Positions 1 through 9,816 are shown, counted from the stretch's first letter. The stretch is DNA of 64,000 bases from Terriglobia bacterium (GCA_963666975.2 CAXVYR010000004.1:2240001-2304000); one strand, 5' to 3'. The notes: generated by a model from the sequence alone, not told the origin. Translations and numbers: made by a program.

Positions 1-1260
1 ATTGACATTATCAGAGAGCACTACGCGGACCAACTGGCAAATTTTGTTGATCCCAATATCCCGCTGCCACAGGATATTGATGAAACAGGAGTCTGCGGCA
101 CCTGCTATCGCTATCCGGAGCAGGACATTATTTACCCGCCGGAGGTGTTGCGGGAGCTCTACCGCCTGGGTTTGTCCTGGATGACAGGTTATGGGATGAC
201 CTTGAACGGATCGAGCCTTTACACGGCCGGAGCCATTGCGGCTTACACATCGCTGGATGAGGCTGGAGAAATGGCTCAGCGCTTCGCTTGGGACTGGTAC
301 TGGCCGCCACGAAAGGATTTCTTCCTGGATACCTATTTTGCTACCGCTGTGAGCGCGATGGTGGGGAAAGGATCCGATTACCTCTGGATGAACGGAGCAG
401 TTCCTGCTCTGAATGGCCGGGCCTGCACTACCCTGCCAGGCACTTCTCCCGAAGTGAAAGAGCGGGAGCGGCGAGGCGGCTGCGCCTATGATCCGGACAC
501 TGCCGCCGGCAGGCTGAATCGGCAAGTCTTGTATAGCTTCATCAAGGCGGGAGGGCGGTTGGCCGGCGATCATACCATCGGCGATAAGGACATCGACCAC
601 ACGCTGGATATCATTGAGAAGGCCAGCCTCGACGCGGGGATGAGTTTGGAGCAGATTCGGGCCAAGCGGCATGCTTATGACCACATGGCGATGAGTCCCC
701 GTCCGGATCAGGTCCCGCGGATCAAGCATCTGGGCATGCAAACCAGCGGCTGGGACATCTCCATTTGGGAAGGCAGAGGGCAACAGATCTTACGGGACTA
801 CGGAGAGGAGGCGGCTCAATGGGTGGTCCCGCGGAAAAGCCTCCTCGATGCCGGAATCAGAAATAGTGTCGAGATTGACCGGCCCATTGGCTACACGAAC
901 CTGACCTTCTTCCACGTCCTTTATTCCGGGATTACCCGGAAGGACCAAGACGGGGTAGTCACAGCGCCGCAACAGGCGGTGAGCCGGGAAGCCATGTTAA
1001 AGTCGGCAACGCTTTGGGGGGCTTATTACGGCAAACACGAGGATACGAATGGTTCGCTGGAACCAGGTAAGTTTGCCGACTTGACCGTGCTGGACCGGGA
1101 TTATCTGACTATCCCCGTGGAAGAAATTCTGAAGATCCGGGTCTTGATGACCCTAGTGGGAGGCAAAGTAGAACACTTGGCGCCATCGCTGGCGAAAGAG
1201 CTTGGCATGCAGCCTACCGGAGCTCAGGTGGAACTCGGTGGACCTGCCTCGCAATGGTGA
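1..1260 (+). CDS. Amidohydrolase-3 (YtcJ-like) family protein, paralog 1, 5'-partial
   Basis: Frame is open from base 1 (IDIIREHYADQ...CGTCYRYPEQDIIYPPEVLRELYRLGLSW). Contains GDHTIGD, HAYDHM, GSLEPGKFADLTVLDRD and the C-tail shared with the other paralogs. Confidence 0.9.
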   Translation: MDIIREHYADQLANFVDPNIPLPQDIDETGVCGTCYRYPEQDIIYPPEVLRELYRLGLSWMTGYGMTLNGSSLYTAGAIAAYTSLDEAGEMAQRFAWDWYWPPRKDFFLDTYFATAVSAMVGKGSDYLWMNGAVPALNGRACTTLPGTSPEVKERERRGGCAYDPDTAAGRLNRQVLYSFIKAGGRLAGDHTIGDKDIDHTLDIIEKASLDAGMSLEQIRAKRHAYDHMAMSPRPDQVPRIKHLGMQTSGWDISIWEGRGQQILRDYGEEAAQWVVPRKSLLDAGIRNSVEIDRPIGYTNLTFFHVLYSGITRKDQDGVVTAPQQAVSREAMLKSATLWGAYYGKHEDTNGSLEPGKFADLTVLDRDYLTIPVEEILKIRVLMTLVGGKVEHLAPSLAKELGMQPTGAQVELGGPASQW

Positions 1261-1416
1261 AACATCGCGGCGGGACCGCGCCGATTCAGCCGGTTTTGAA
1301 ATTTGAGTGCCAGCTAATTGTATGGCGATACTTGTCAGAACGAAGAGGCAATAGGCTGTTCTGACCGACAAGCACAGCACGGCTAACATTAACAATCCGA
1401 AAGGGTGGGTAAATGT

Positions 1417-3279
1417 ATGATGGGTCAATGGGTGTTGCGAATAGGAGTGCTGCTGGGAGTAATCTGGGCTGGAGGAGGTCTCCTCCGGGCCCAACAGACG
1501 CCGGATACGATTCTCTACAACGGGAAGATCGTTACGATAGACAACCATGAGGTCAATGGGGATTTAGGCACCATTGCTCAGGCACTGGCGATCCAGGACA
1601 ATGAGATCGTGGCTGTGGGAACCAACGCCCAGGTGCGTGCTTTGGCCGGCGGTAACACGAAATCCATCGACCTGAAAGGGCGGACTGTGGTGCCGGGTTT
1701 TGGCGGCACGCACGATCACCCCATGGACTGGGACACGATCAATCCGTCCATCGTAAAAAAAGTAGTCACCGACGACATGCACATTGAGCGGTTTTTGAAT
1801 GATTCTCCGGATGAGCAGTTGCGACAGTTTCCGCGGGTTTTAGAGGAAGCGGTACGGACGGCCAAACCCGGCCAATGGATTCGGATTAGTCTGCTGTTTG
1901 GCGAGGAATATCGGGGGGGGCCTGAGATTCGGCAGTTTTTTGGGAGGCAGATCAACAAGGAGATGCTGGACCTGGCGGCTCCCAACAATCCGGTGCAGAT
2001 CCGCGGCGGTTTTACCGGAATGGTGGTGAACCAAAGAGCGATTGACCTGACCAAACAGTTCTACGGGGATCAATGGGATGCGTTCGTCTGGAATCCGTAT
2101 GGAGAAGTTGAGAAAACAGGCGTCGGAGGCACCGCCTATCGGTGGTTGGAGCAGGACGTGCTCTACCCGCAGGAGGTCTTGCAGGAGATCTATCGCCTGG
2201 GTTTGTCCTGGATGGCGGGTTATGGAGTGACCCTGAACGCCTCGGGTCTTTACACGCCGGGAGCGGTTGCTGCCTACCATGCATTGGACGAGAGGGGAGA
2301 GCTGGCCATTCGAATGCCGTGGAGTTGGCAGTGGAGGCCGCGTCCTGATTTATGGTCCGATCCTTATTTTCCCAAGGTGATGGCCGGCATGTTGGACAAA
2401 GGGTCAGATCACCTCTGGCTGACCGGGTTGTGGCCTTCTGACAACGGGGCCGGTTGCTCCACTCTGCCCGGCACCTCTCCGGAGGTAAAAGAGCGGGAAG
2501 TTTGCCACTTCAGTCAGGATTATCGGAACGGGGAAACAGCCACGGCCTTGTACCATATGGTCAAGGCAGGCGGTCGATTAGCCGGGATACACACCGGCGG
2601 CGACAAGGACATCGATTACCTTCTCGACACCATTGAGAGGGCCAGCAAGGACGCCGGGATGAGTCTGGACCAGATTCGGGCCAAACGGCACGCGTATGAC
2701 CATATGGGGATGAGCCCTCGTAAGGACCAGATTGAACGGCTCAAGAATCTCGGTATGATCGTGGGCGGTTATAATATGCAACTCTGGGAAGGAGGAGGCG
2801 AGCGGTTGCTTGCGAATTACGGAGAGCAGGCGGTCGAATGGATGCAACCGCGGAAAGACCTCCTCGATGCGGGATTGATGAATAGCGTGGAGATCGACCG
2901 CCCCATTGGATACACCAATCTCACCTATTTCACCGTCCTCTATGCGGGCATTACCCGGAAGGATCAGAACGGCAAGATCTGGGGGCCGCGTCAGGCGATC
3001 GGTCGGGAAGCCATGTTAAAGTTCGCCTCGCTTGGCGGAGCTTATTACGCCAAACGCGAGGATAAGCTGGGGTCGCTCGAGCCCGGCAAGTGGGCCGACC
3101 TGGTCGTATTGGACCGCGATTATCTGACGATTCCCGTGGATGACATTCTAAATGTCAGGGTCCTGATGACTATGGTGGGAGGCAAGGTGGTGCACTTGGT
3201 TCCCTCCATGGCCCGAGAAAACGGGATGCAGCCCACCGGGGCGCAAGTGGAGCTCGGCGGGGCGGCGGCTCAATGGTAG
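1417..3279 (+). CDS. Secreted amidohydrolase-3 family protein, paralog 2
   Basis: Signal peptide ending LLRA|QQ, then PDTILYNGKIVT, DLKGRTVVPGFGGTHDHP (HxH), IHTGGD, HAYDHM and GSLEPGKWADLVVLDRD. Start taken at ATG 1417 (GTG 1405 is possible). Confidence 0.92.
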   Translation: MMGQWVLRIGVLLGVIWAGGGLLRAQQTPDTILYNGKIVTIDNHEVNGDLGTIAQALAIQDNEIVAVGTNAQVRALAGGNTKSIDLKGRTVVPGFGGTHDHPMDWDTINPSIVKKVVTDDMHIERFLNDSPDEQLRQFPRVLEEAVRTAKPGQWIRISLLFGEEYRGGPEIRQFFGRQINKEMLDLAAPNNPVQIRGGFTGMVVNQRAIDLTKQFYGDQWDAFVWNPYGEVEKTGVGGTAYRWLEQDVLYPQEVLQEIYRLGLSWMAGYGVTLNASGLYTPGAVAAYHALDERGELAIRMPWSWQWRPRPDLWSDPYFPKVMAGMLDKGSDHLWLTGLWPSDNGAGCSTLPGTSPEVKEREVCHFSQDYRNGETATALYHMVKAGGRLAGIHTGGDKDIDYLLDTIERASKDAGMSLDQIRAKRHAYDHMGMSPRKDQIERLKNLGMIVGGYNMQLWEGGGERLLANYGEQAVEWMQPRKDLLDAGLMNSVEIDRPIGYTNLTYFTVLYAGITRKDQNGKIWGPRQAIGREAMLKFASLGGAYYAKREDKLGSLEPGKWADLVVLDRDYLTIPVDDILNVRVLMTMVGGKVVHLVPSMARENGMQPTGAQVELGGAAAQW

Positions 3280-3310
3280 CCTTCGAGGCTTGGTTTTTTG
3301 CCTAACCGAA

Positions 3311-3564
3311 GAGGTTGTTGGAAAACTGGTGTATGGGTCCGCTTGCTAATCCCTCGGCTTCGCTCCCTTCGGCTATGCTCCCTTCGACTTCGCTCAGGGC
3401 AGGCAGGGCAGGCGCGCGCGGCTCTGCAACTGCAGCCCAATCAGCACGCCCATTCCGAGCCGCGATAGCCTGCCCCGAGCGAAGCCGAGGGGTGAGGGAG
3501 CGGACAAATGGCGTTTTTCAACAACCTTCTGCTTTTCAACAACCTTCTACTTTTCAACAACCTC
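3311..3564. mobile_element. MITE-like element with (G)AGGTTGTTG(G/A)AAAA...TTTTCAACAACCT(C) ends and internal REP-like palindromes; right end triplicated
   Basis: Terminal inverted repeats and three tandem TTTTCAACAACCT copies (about 3515-3564). The left half matches the reverse complement of 59433-59534. Confidence 0.7.
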
Positions 3565-3598
3565 CTAAATGCGGCAACACTTCCCGCGGAGTAAATTT

Positions 3599-5524
3599 AT
3601 GAACAGCCGGTCGGTTTTGCGACTTGTGGTGACGGCGTGGGCATTCTGGGCTGGAGCAGTCCTCCTCCATGCCCAACAGACGCCCGACACCATTCTCTAC
3701 AATGGCAAGATCGTCACCGTGGATGACCACAGTTTCAATTCCCGCTTGGGGACAATCGCGCAAGCGATGCATGTCCGGAATGGCAAAATCCTGCACCTGG
3801 GCAACGATGCGGAAATTCGTGCGATGGCAGGGGCCAACACCAGAGTAATGGATCTGAAAGGACGTACGGTGATTCCGGGGATCATTCTCACCCATGAACA
3901 TCCATACGATTGGGGGTCGGTTGACATCTATGCGCTGAAAAAATATCTCACCGACGACCAGGTTGTTGTCAGGATTCTGGAAGATAGTCCCCAGGAAAAT
4001 GTGAAGGCATTCCCTGGAGTGCTGGCGGAGGCTGTTTCGAAGGCGAAGCCTGGCCAGTGGATATACATTGTTATCACTTCTGGAAAGAACTTCGAATATC
4101 ACGCGATGAGCAACGGTGGTTTGGGACGCAGTTTGCTGGACCCCTCCCTGCGAATACCCGAAGAGATGCAAATCACAAAAGAACAATTAGACGCGGCGGC
4201 GCCCAATAATCCAGTCTATGTCGGTGGCTGGCTTTCGGTAACGGGTGTTCGTCGCGGAGAAGGGTTGAACCAGAGAGGGATTGAGGAAGCCGAGAAGGTG
4301 TTGCCCCCCGGCCCAGCCTACCAATCTGAGGAGATTAGCGGCCGCACCATTTTCGCAGAAGTGATTATGAAGGACTATTACCCGCAGCTCGTCCAGATCA
4401 TGCGGAGTGGTCTGGAGTGGTGGGCGGGATACGGGATGACGACCTATGCATCGCACCTCTATACCCCTTCCAATCTCAGGATCTGGCGGGAACTGGACCG
4501 CAAAGGACAGATGCCGGTCCGGAATATGTGGACCTTTCGATGGAACTCCGAGTACTTGCTTTCCGATCTATTTTTCATCACTGACATAGCTACCCGGTTA
4601 GGCGAAGGATCGGATTACTTCTGGAATGGAGGAGCGGCTTTTAGAACTCTCGGTGGCGGCGGTGACTGCACGTCTGCGCAGCCTGTGCCTTCCTCGAAAA
4701 TAATGCAGGAAGAGGAATTCGCTGCGGAAATGAGGGAACGCCGGCAAAGAAACTGCCGGTTCGCCCCCAACTCAAAGGAATTTGAGATCCTCGAGAAGTT
4801 TATCCGCGCGGGGGGACGGTTCGTGAATCTGCATACGACGGGAGACGGCACGGTGGACGGTATGCTGATGGCTATTGAACAGGCCAGTAAAGCCGCTGGC
4901 ATGACCGAGGAGGAGATTCGCGCCAAGCGGCATGGGGCGGACCATACGGTGATGTGGCCCCGGCCCGATCAGATTCCGGTTCTAAAACGGCTGGGTATGG
5001 TTGTCAGCAGTGATGGCTATGAGATTGTGATGGCCTCCCCGTCCGTTTTTGACCTTTACGGGGAACGATCTGCCAGGTGGGTTGCGCCCAAGAAAAGCCT
5101 CACGCAGGCAGGAATCTACAACTCTCTAGAGATAGATCGCCCCCTTCAGACGACTACAAACCTGACAATTTTCTCCGCCGGCATTGACCCGATCATCACG
5201 CGGAGAGCCTGGGATGGCAAGGTGTACGCACAAAATGAGGCGGTGGATCGGGAATCGGCTCTAAAGATCGCCACTTACTATGGAGCCTACTATGTCTTGC
5301 GGGAAAACGTCCTGGGTTCCCTGGAGCCGGGGAAATGGGCGGATATGCTTGTGCTCGACCGGGATTATCTGACCATTCCAGAGGATGACATCAGGAACAT
5401 CCGCGTTTTGATGACGATGGTAGGTGGAAAGGTCGTTCACCTGGTGCCCTCTCTGGCCCGAGAAATCGGGATAGAGCCGGCGGGGGCGCAGGTAGAACTC
5501 GGCGGTCCTGCGGCTCAATGGTGA
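3599..5524 (+). CDS. Secreted amidohydrolase-3 family protein, paralog 3 (divergent)
   Basis: GGAG before ATG 3599. Signal peptide LLHA|QQ, PGIILTHEHP, NLHTTGD, HGADHT, SLEIDRP, GSLEPGKWAD and the shared C-tail. Confidence 0.92.
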   Translation: MNSRSVLRLVVTAWAFWAGAVLLHAQQTPDTILYNGKIVTVDDHSFNSRLGTIAQAMHVRNGKILHLGNDAEIRAMAGANTRVMDLKGRTVIPGIILTHEHPYDWGSVDIYALKKYLTDDQVVVRILEDSPQENVKAFPGVLAEAVSKAKPGQWIYIVITSGKNFEYHAMSNGGLGRSLLDPSLRIPEEMQITKEQLDAAAPNNPVYVGGWLSVTGVRRGEGLNQRGIEEAEKVLPPGPAYQSEEISGRTIFAEVIMKDYYPQLVQIMRSGLEWWAGYGMTTYASHLYTPSNLRIWRELDRKGQMPVRNMWTFRWNSEYLLSDLFFITDIATRLGEGSDYFWNGGAAFRTLGGGGDCTSAQPVPSSKIMQEEEFAAEMRERRQRNCRFAPNSKEFEILEKFIRAGGRFVNLHTTGDGTVDGMLMAIEQASKAAGMTEEEIRAKRHGADHTVMWPRPDQIPVLKRLGMVVSSDGYEIVMASPSVFDLYGERSARWVAPKKSLTQAGIYNSLEIDRPLQTTTNLTIFSAGIDPIITRRAWDGKVYAQNEAVDRESALKIATYYGAYYVLRENVLGSLEPGKWADMLVLDRDYLTIPEDDIRNIRVLMTMVGGKVVHLVPSLAREIGIEPAGAQVELGGPAAQW

Positions 5525-5640
5525 GCGTCAGGGTGGCGCCGTGACCTTTGCTGTCACGATCCGCCGGACAGGCGGCAGCGGCCTTCCGCTTCGCTTGCCT
5601 TTCTTATTTAATCTTCTGAAAATAACCGTGGGGTGAATTG

Positions 5641-7503
5641 ATGAAAACTCGATGGATTTTGCGACTGGCAGTGACGGCATGGGTAATCTGGGCCGGAGAG
5701 GGCCTCCTCCGGGCCCAACAGACGCCCGATACCATTCTTTACAATGGGAAGATCGTTACGGTGGACAACCATGAGGTCAATGAGCAGTTAGGCACTGTCA
5801 CCCAGGCTCTGGCCATCACAGGCGATACGATTGTGGCCGTGGGAGACAACTCTCGAATTCGAGCTATGGCTGGCCCCAGCACCAAGAGCATTGATCTGAG
5901 GGGACGGACGGTGGTGCCGGGCTTTAGCGGCACGCACGATCACCCCATGGACTGGGACACGATCAATCCGTTCATCGTAAAAAAAGTAGTCAGCGATGAC
6001 ATGCACATTGAGCGGTTTTTGAATGTTGCTCCGGATGAGGCATTGCAACAGTTTCCGCAGGTTTTAGAGGAAGCGGTACGGACGGCCAGACCCGGCCAAT
6101 GGATTCGGATTAGTCTGCTTTATGGAAAGGAATATCGCTGGGGAAGTCAGATCATGGCGTTTTTCGGGCGGCAGATTAACAAGCAAATGCTGGATCTGGC
6201 TGCACCCGACAATCCGGTGGAAATTCGCGGCGGTTTTATTGGATTGGTGTTGAACCAAAGAGCGATTGAGCTGACCAAGGCGCACTATGGGGACCAATGG
6301 GATAAGTTTGTCTGGAATCCCTATGGTGACATTGAGAACACAGGAACCGGAGCCACCGCCTATAGGTGGTTGGAACAGGATGTGCTCTATCCGCCCGAGG
6401 TCTTGCAGGAGATCTATCGGCTAGGTCTGTCCTGGATGGCGGGCTATGGGGTGACGCTGAACGCATCGGGTCTTTACACCCCCGGAGCCGTTGCCGCCTA
6501 CCGCGCATTGGACCAGGGAGGGAAAATGGCTATCCGAGTCCCCTGGAGCTGGCAGTGGAGGCCGCGCCCTGACTTCTGGTCCGATCCATATCTTCCGGAG
6601 GTGATGGCAACCATGGTGGGAAGCGGGTCGGACCACCTCTGGCTGAATGGACTGTGGCCCTCAGACAACGCCTCGAGTTGTTCCACACTGCCCGGTACCT
6701 CCCCGGAGGTGAAGCAGCGGGAAGTCTGCCACTTTGGTTCTGACTTTCGCGACGGTGAGAATGCGGTAGCATTGTACAACATGGTCAAGGCGGGCGGCCG
6801 ATTAGCAGGGATACACACCGAGGCCGACAAGGATATAGACCTTATTCTGGACATCATCGAGAAGGCGAGCAAAGACGCCGGGATGACTTTGGACCAGATT
6901 CGGGCCAAGCGGCACGTCTATGACCATATGGGGATGAGTCCTCGGCCGGATCAGATCCCTCGGATCAAAAATCTGGGCATGATGACGGGCGGTTACAACA
7001 TGTTCCTTTGGGAAGGGGCAGGGGCGCAGGTGTTGAAGGATTACGGAGAACAGGCGGCTCAATGGGTGCAACCACGCAAGAGCCTCCTCAATGCCGGAGT
7101 GATGAATAGCGTAGAGATCGACCGGCCCATTGGATACACCGACCTGACTTACTTTACCGTCCTCTATGCAGGGATTACGCGGAAGGATCAAGACGGAAGG
7201 ATCATCGCGCCGAGTGAGGCCGTGAGCCGGGAAGCTATGCTGAAGTCGGCAACGATTTGGGGAGGGTACTACTCCAAGCGCGAGGATAAACTAGGGTCGA
7301 TCGAGCCCGGCAAGTGGGCTGACCTGGTCGTGCTGGACCGGGATTACCTGACCATTCCCGTGGACGACATTTTGAATATCCGGGTTTTGATGACCATGGT
7401 GGGAGGCGAGGTTGTGCACCTGGTGCCCTCCCTGGCCCGCGAAATCGGGATGCCGCCTGCTGGGGCGCAAGTGGAGCTCGGCGGGCTGGCGGCGCAATGG
7501 TAA
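5641..7503 (+). CDS. Secreted amidohydrolase-3 family protein, paralog 4 (closest to paralog 2)
   Basis: Signal peptide LLRA|QQ, PGFSGTHDHP, GIHTEAD, HVYDHM, SVEIDRP and the shared C-tail. Confidence 0.92.
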   Translation: MKTRWILRLAVTAWVIWAGEGLLRAQQTPDTILYNGKIVTVDNHEVNEQLGTVTQALAITGDTIVAVGDNSRIRAMAGPSTKSIDLRGRTVVPGFSGTHDHPMDWDTINPFIVKKVVSDDMHIERFLNVAPDEALQQFPQVLEEAVRTARPGQWIRISLLYGKEYRWGSQIMAFFGRQINKQMLDLAAPDNPVEIRGGFIGLVLNQRAIELTKAHYGDQWDKFVWNPYGDIENTGTGATAYRWLEQDVLYPPEVLQEIYRLGLSWMAGYGVTLNASGLYTPGAVAAYRALDQGGKMAIRVPWSWQWRPRPDFWSDPYLPEVMATMVGSGSDHLWLNGLWPSDNASSCSTLPGTSPEVKQREVCHFGSDFRDGENAVALYNMVKAGGRLAGIHTEADKDIDLILDIIEKASKDAGMTLDQIRAKRHVYDHMGMSPRPDQIPRIKNLGMMTGGYNMFLWEGAGAQVLKDYGEQAAQWVQPRKSLLNAGVMNSVEIDRPIGYTDLTYFTVLYAGITRKDQDGRIIAPSEAVSREAMLKSATIWGGYYSKREDKLGSIEPGKWADLVVLDRDYLTIPVDDILNIRVLMTMVGGEVVHLVPSLAREIGMPPAGAQVELGGLAAQW

Positions 7504-7607
7504 GCGGCCAGAAGGGACAACCCCAACTGGAATTCCGCTTTGTCGGCCGCCGCTAGCGCTCGTCAGGTTCGGTTCGCACTCAGGTTTGAATAAGGAGGTA
7601 ATAATCC

Positions 7608-9557
7608 ATGAGAAAAATTTCTTTTTTGAACTGTTCGTTTTTCTTCGTCCTCGTTTTTCTTTTGCTGCCGGTGAAGGGAGCACAAGGGCAAAACGCTGCC
7701 GATTTAGCCAGGAAGCTGGAGCGGCTCCAGGCTTATCCGGAGTTGATCGTCGTCAACGGCAAGATATCCACCATGGATGAACGGCTTACCGAGGTGGAAG
7801 CTATGGCCGTTAAGAACACACGGATTCTGGCGCTGGGAAGCAATGATGATATCCAGTTTCTGGCCGGTCCGAACACGAGGGTGCTGGACGCGAAGGGGCG
7901 GAGGGTGTTGCCGGGCCTAATAGATGGTCACACTCATCCGCATCTTTGGGCCGTAGAGCACTGGCTCGGGGCGGAAGGAGATTTTACCTCCCAGAAATAC
8001 AACGACCCGCAGCTGAAGATCACCTACGCCAAGGGGAATGACGGGGCCGAAGTGTTGCAGTCGCTGGAACGGGCCGTTCGCCAGAGGGCCCAGGAATTAG
8101 GTCCCGGCAAGTGGATTTGGATCGGCTTGTTTGGGAAAAACACGCTCGTCGAATCCAGAGAGGTTGTCTACCCCCTCTTCCAGCGGGCAACCGGAGAACC
8201 GGGAACGATTACCCGAGAGTTTTTGGACACGCTGGCCCCCGACAACCCCCTGATGGTGTTTGGAAGCGAAGCCATCGGGCCGGCCGCCAACAATACCAAA
8301 GCCAAGGAGGAGATGGAAAAATATCTGGGCGTGGAAGTGAGGGGGTTGTCGGCCCGCAATTCGGTAACCTACGACATTCTGTTCCGCGGAAAAACAGAGG
8401 AAAAGCTGGACTTCCTCAAGCGCGAGTTGCTCGAATGCGTGGTGGCCCAAGGGATCACCACTTTTAGCAACCATTATTACAACTCCCCCTCCATTATGAA
8501 TATCTACCGTTTACTGTACGAACGGGACGAACTGCCCGTGCGGTGGGCTTGGTGGGTGGGCGGAGGCCTCGGCGCTAGCCGTGTGCAAAGTGATTCCTCC
8601 TTCAGCGCCCAATATCCCAGTCTCTTTTATAACGATCTGGGAGACTTCCGGGGAATCGGAAACGATTACATATGGAATGTCGGTGTTTCCAACGAAGGCT
8701 GGGAAGGCGGGATTTCGTGCACCAAAGCCACTTTGCCGGCTAACGCGCAAGCGCCTAGCTCCGGGATTGCCCGGGTGCATCGGGATGGCATTCTTCGCCC
8801 ATCCTGTTCCGAGCCGATTGACTATGACAATCAGCCGGGATACCGGCGGGTGAAGGCGGCAATGGAAGCCGGCCTGCGCATCGGGTTCCTGCACCATTAC
8901 AGCGATGGAACGTTCGATGCTTTATTTCACATGATCGAAGAGGCGATTGCCGAGGGTAAGATGACCCTGGAGCAGGTGCGAGCGCTTCGGATCAGCACGG
9001 AGCATACCCCGATGGTTCGCCCGGATCAGGTGGAGAAGATAGCCCGCTATGGGATCATGCCGGCTTTTAATGGTTACCAGGTTCAGGGGAACATTAAAGG
9101 TGGCGCGTTCCTGAAGGCCTTTGGCGAGCAATACATGAGCTGGATGGCGCCCATGAAGAGCCTGGTCGATGCCGGGGCGCATCCGGTGTTCAACACCGAT
9201 GCCCACTTGCATAAGGTTCCGATCGAATCCAAGGACATGGACTACCCGCCGCAGTGGGATGGCAACATCTGGGGGTTCATTGAATTTTTTGTAACCCGCC
9301 GGATGCCCCATGACGGGATCACTTACGCCAGCCAGGAGGCAATGGATCGGACTGCCCTGATGAAGGCGGCTACCATTTGGGGAGCTGAGCAGGTCCTGCG
9401 CGAGGACCACATTGGTTCGCTGGAGGTGGGAAAGCTGGCCGATTTTATCGTCATTGACAAGGACTACTTCGCAATTCCCGGAGACCAAATTGGCACCATC
9501 AAGACATTACTGACCGCCGTGGGTGGAAAGACAGTGTTCCAGGCTCCAAACTACTAA
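7608..9557 (+). CDS. Secreted amidohydrolase-3 family protein, paralog 5 (different subclade, lacks the shared C-tail)
   Basis: AAGGAGG RBS. Signal peptide, DAKGRRVLPGLIDGHTHPH, LHHYSDG, STEHT, FNTDAH, GSLEVGKLADFIVIDKD; ends GGKTVFQAPNY. Confidence 0.92.
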   Translation: MRKISFLNCSFFFVLVFLLLPVKGAQGQNAADLARKLERLQAYPELIVVNGKISTMDERLTEVEAMAVKNTRILALGSNDDIQFLAGPNTRVLDAKGRRVLPGLIDGHTHPHLWAVEHWLGAEGDFTSQKYNDPQLKITYAKGNDGAEVLQSLERAVRQRAQELGPGKWIWIGLFGKNTLVESREVVYPLFQRATGEPGTITREFLDTLAPDNPLMVFGSEAIGPAANNTKAKEEMEKYLGVEVRGLSARNSVTYDILFRGKTEEKLDFLKRELLECVVAQGITTFSNHYYNSPSIMNIYRLLYERDELPVRWAWWVGGGLGASRVQSDSSFSAQYPSLFYNDLGDFRGIGNDYIWNVGVSNEGWEGGISCTKATLPANAQAPSSGIARVHRDGILRPSCSEPIDYDNQPGYRRVKAAMEAGLRIGFLHHYSDGTFDALFHMIEEAIAEGKMTLEQVRALRISTEHTPMVRPDQVEKIARYGIMPAFNGYQVQGNIKGGAFLKAFGEQYMSWMAPMKSLVDAGAHPVFNTDAHLHKVPIESKDMDYPPQWDGNIWGFIEFFVTRRMPHDGITYASQEAMDRTALMKAATIWGAEQVLREDHIGSLEVGKLADFIVIDKDYFAIPGDQIGTIKTLLTAVGGKTVFQAPNY

Positions 9558-9639
9558 ATCCGGAACCGCCAAGTCTGGATTCGTTCTACATACGTCGCCT
9601 GCGGGCAAAGCGCAAAAGAAACGATGAATCGGGCGTGAA

Positions 9640-9816
9640 GCCGTATCCCCCGGACTGACTGGGTAAGCCAGACGCAGAACGGGTTGGAACTGGATGCAGG
9701 TCAGTTGGGGAACCTAGAGTTCGTGCTGGAACGTTCTAAACCCCAGCAGGGAGGGGTTCAAGGCACGGTCGAGGAAGCGGCAGAGTCGCCCTCCGCCACC
9801 ACTGCCTGGCAGGTTT
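9640..9816 (+). pseudogene. Relic of a TonB-dependent receptor gene (N-terminal domain/linker fragment)
   Basis: Manual translation WVSQTQNGLELDAGQLGNLEFVLERSKPQQGGVQGTVEEAAESPSATTAWQV aligns with FVSRLQEGLELGAEQLVTLDLVLERDSGDQERTAQSTGEGADKESSATNAGQI in the receptor at 39443-42685. Confidence 0.7.
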
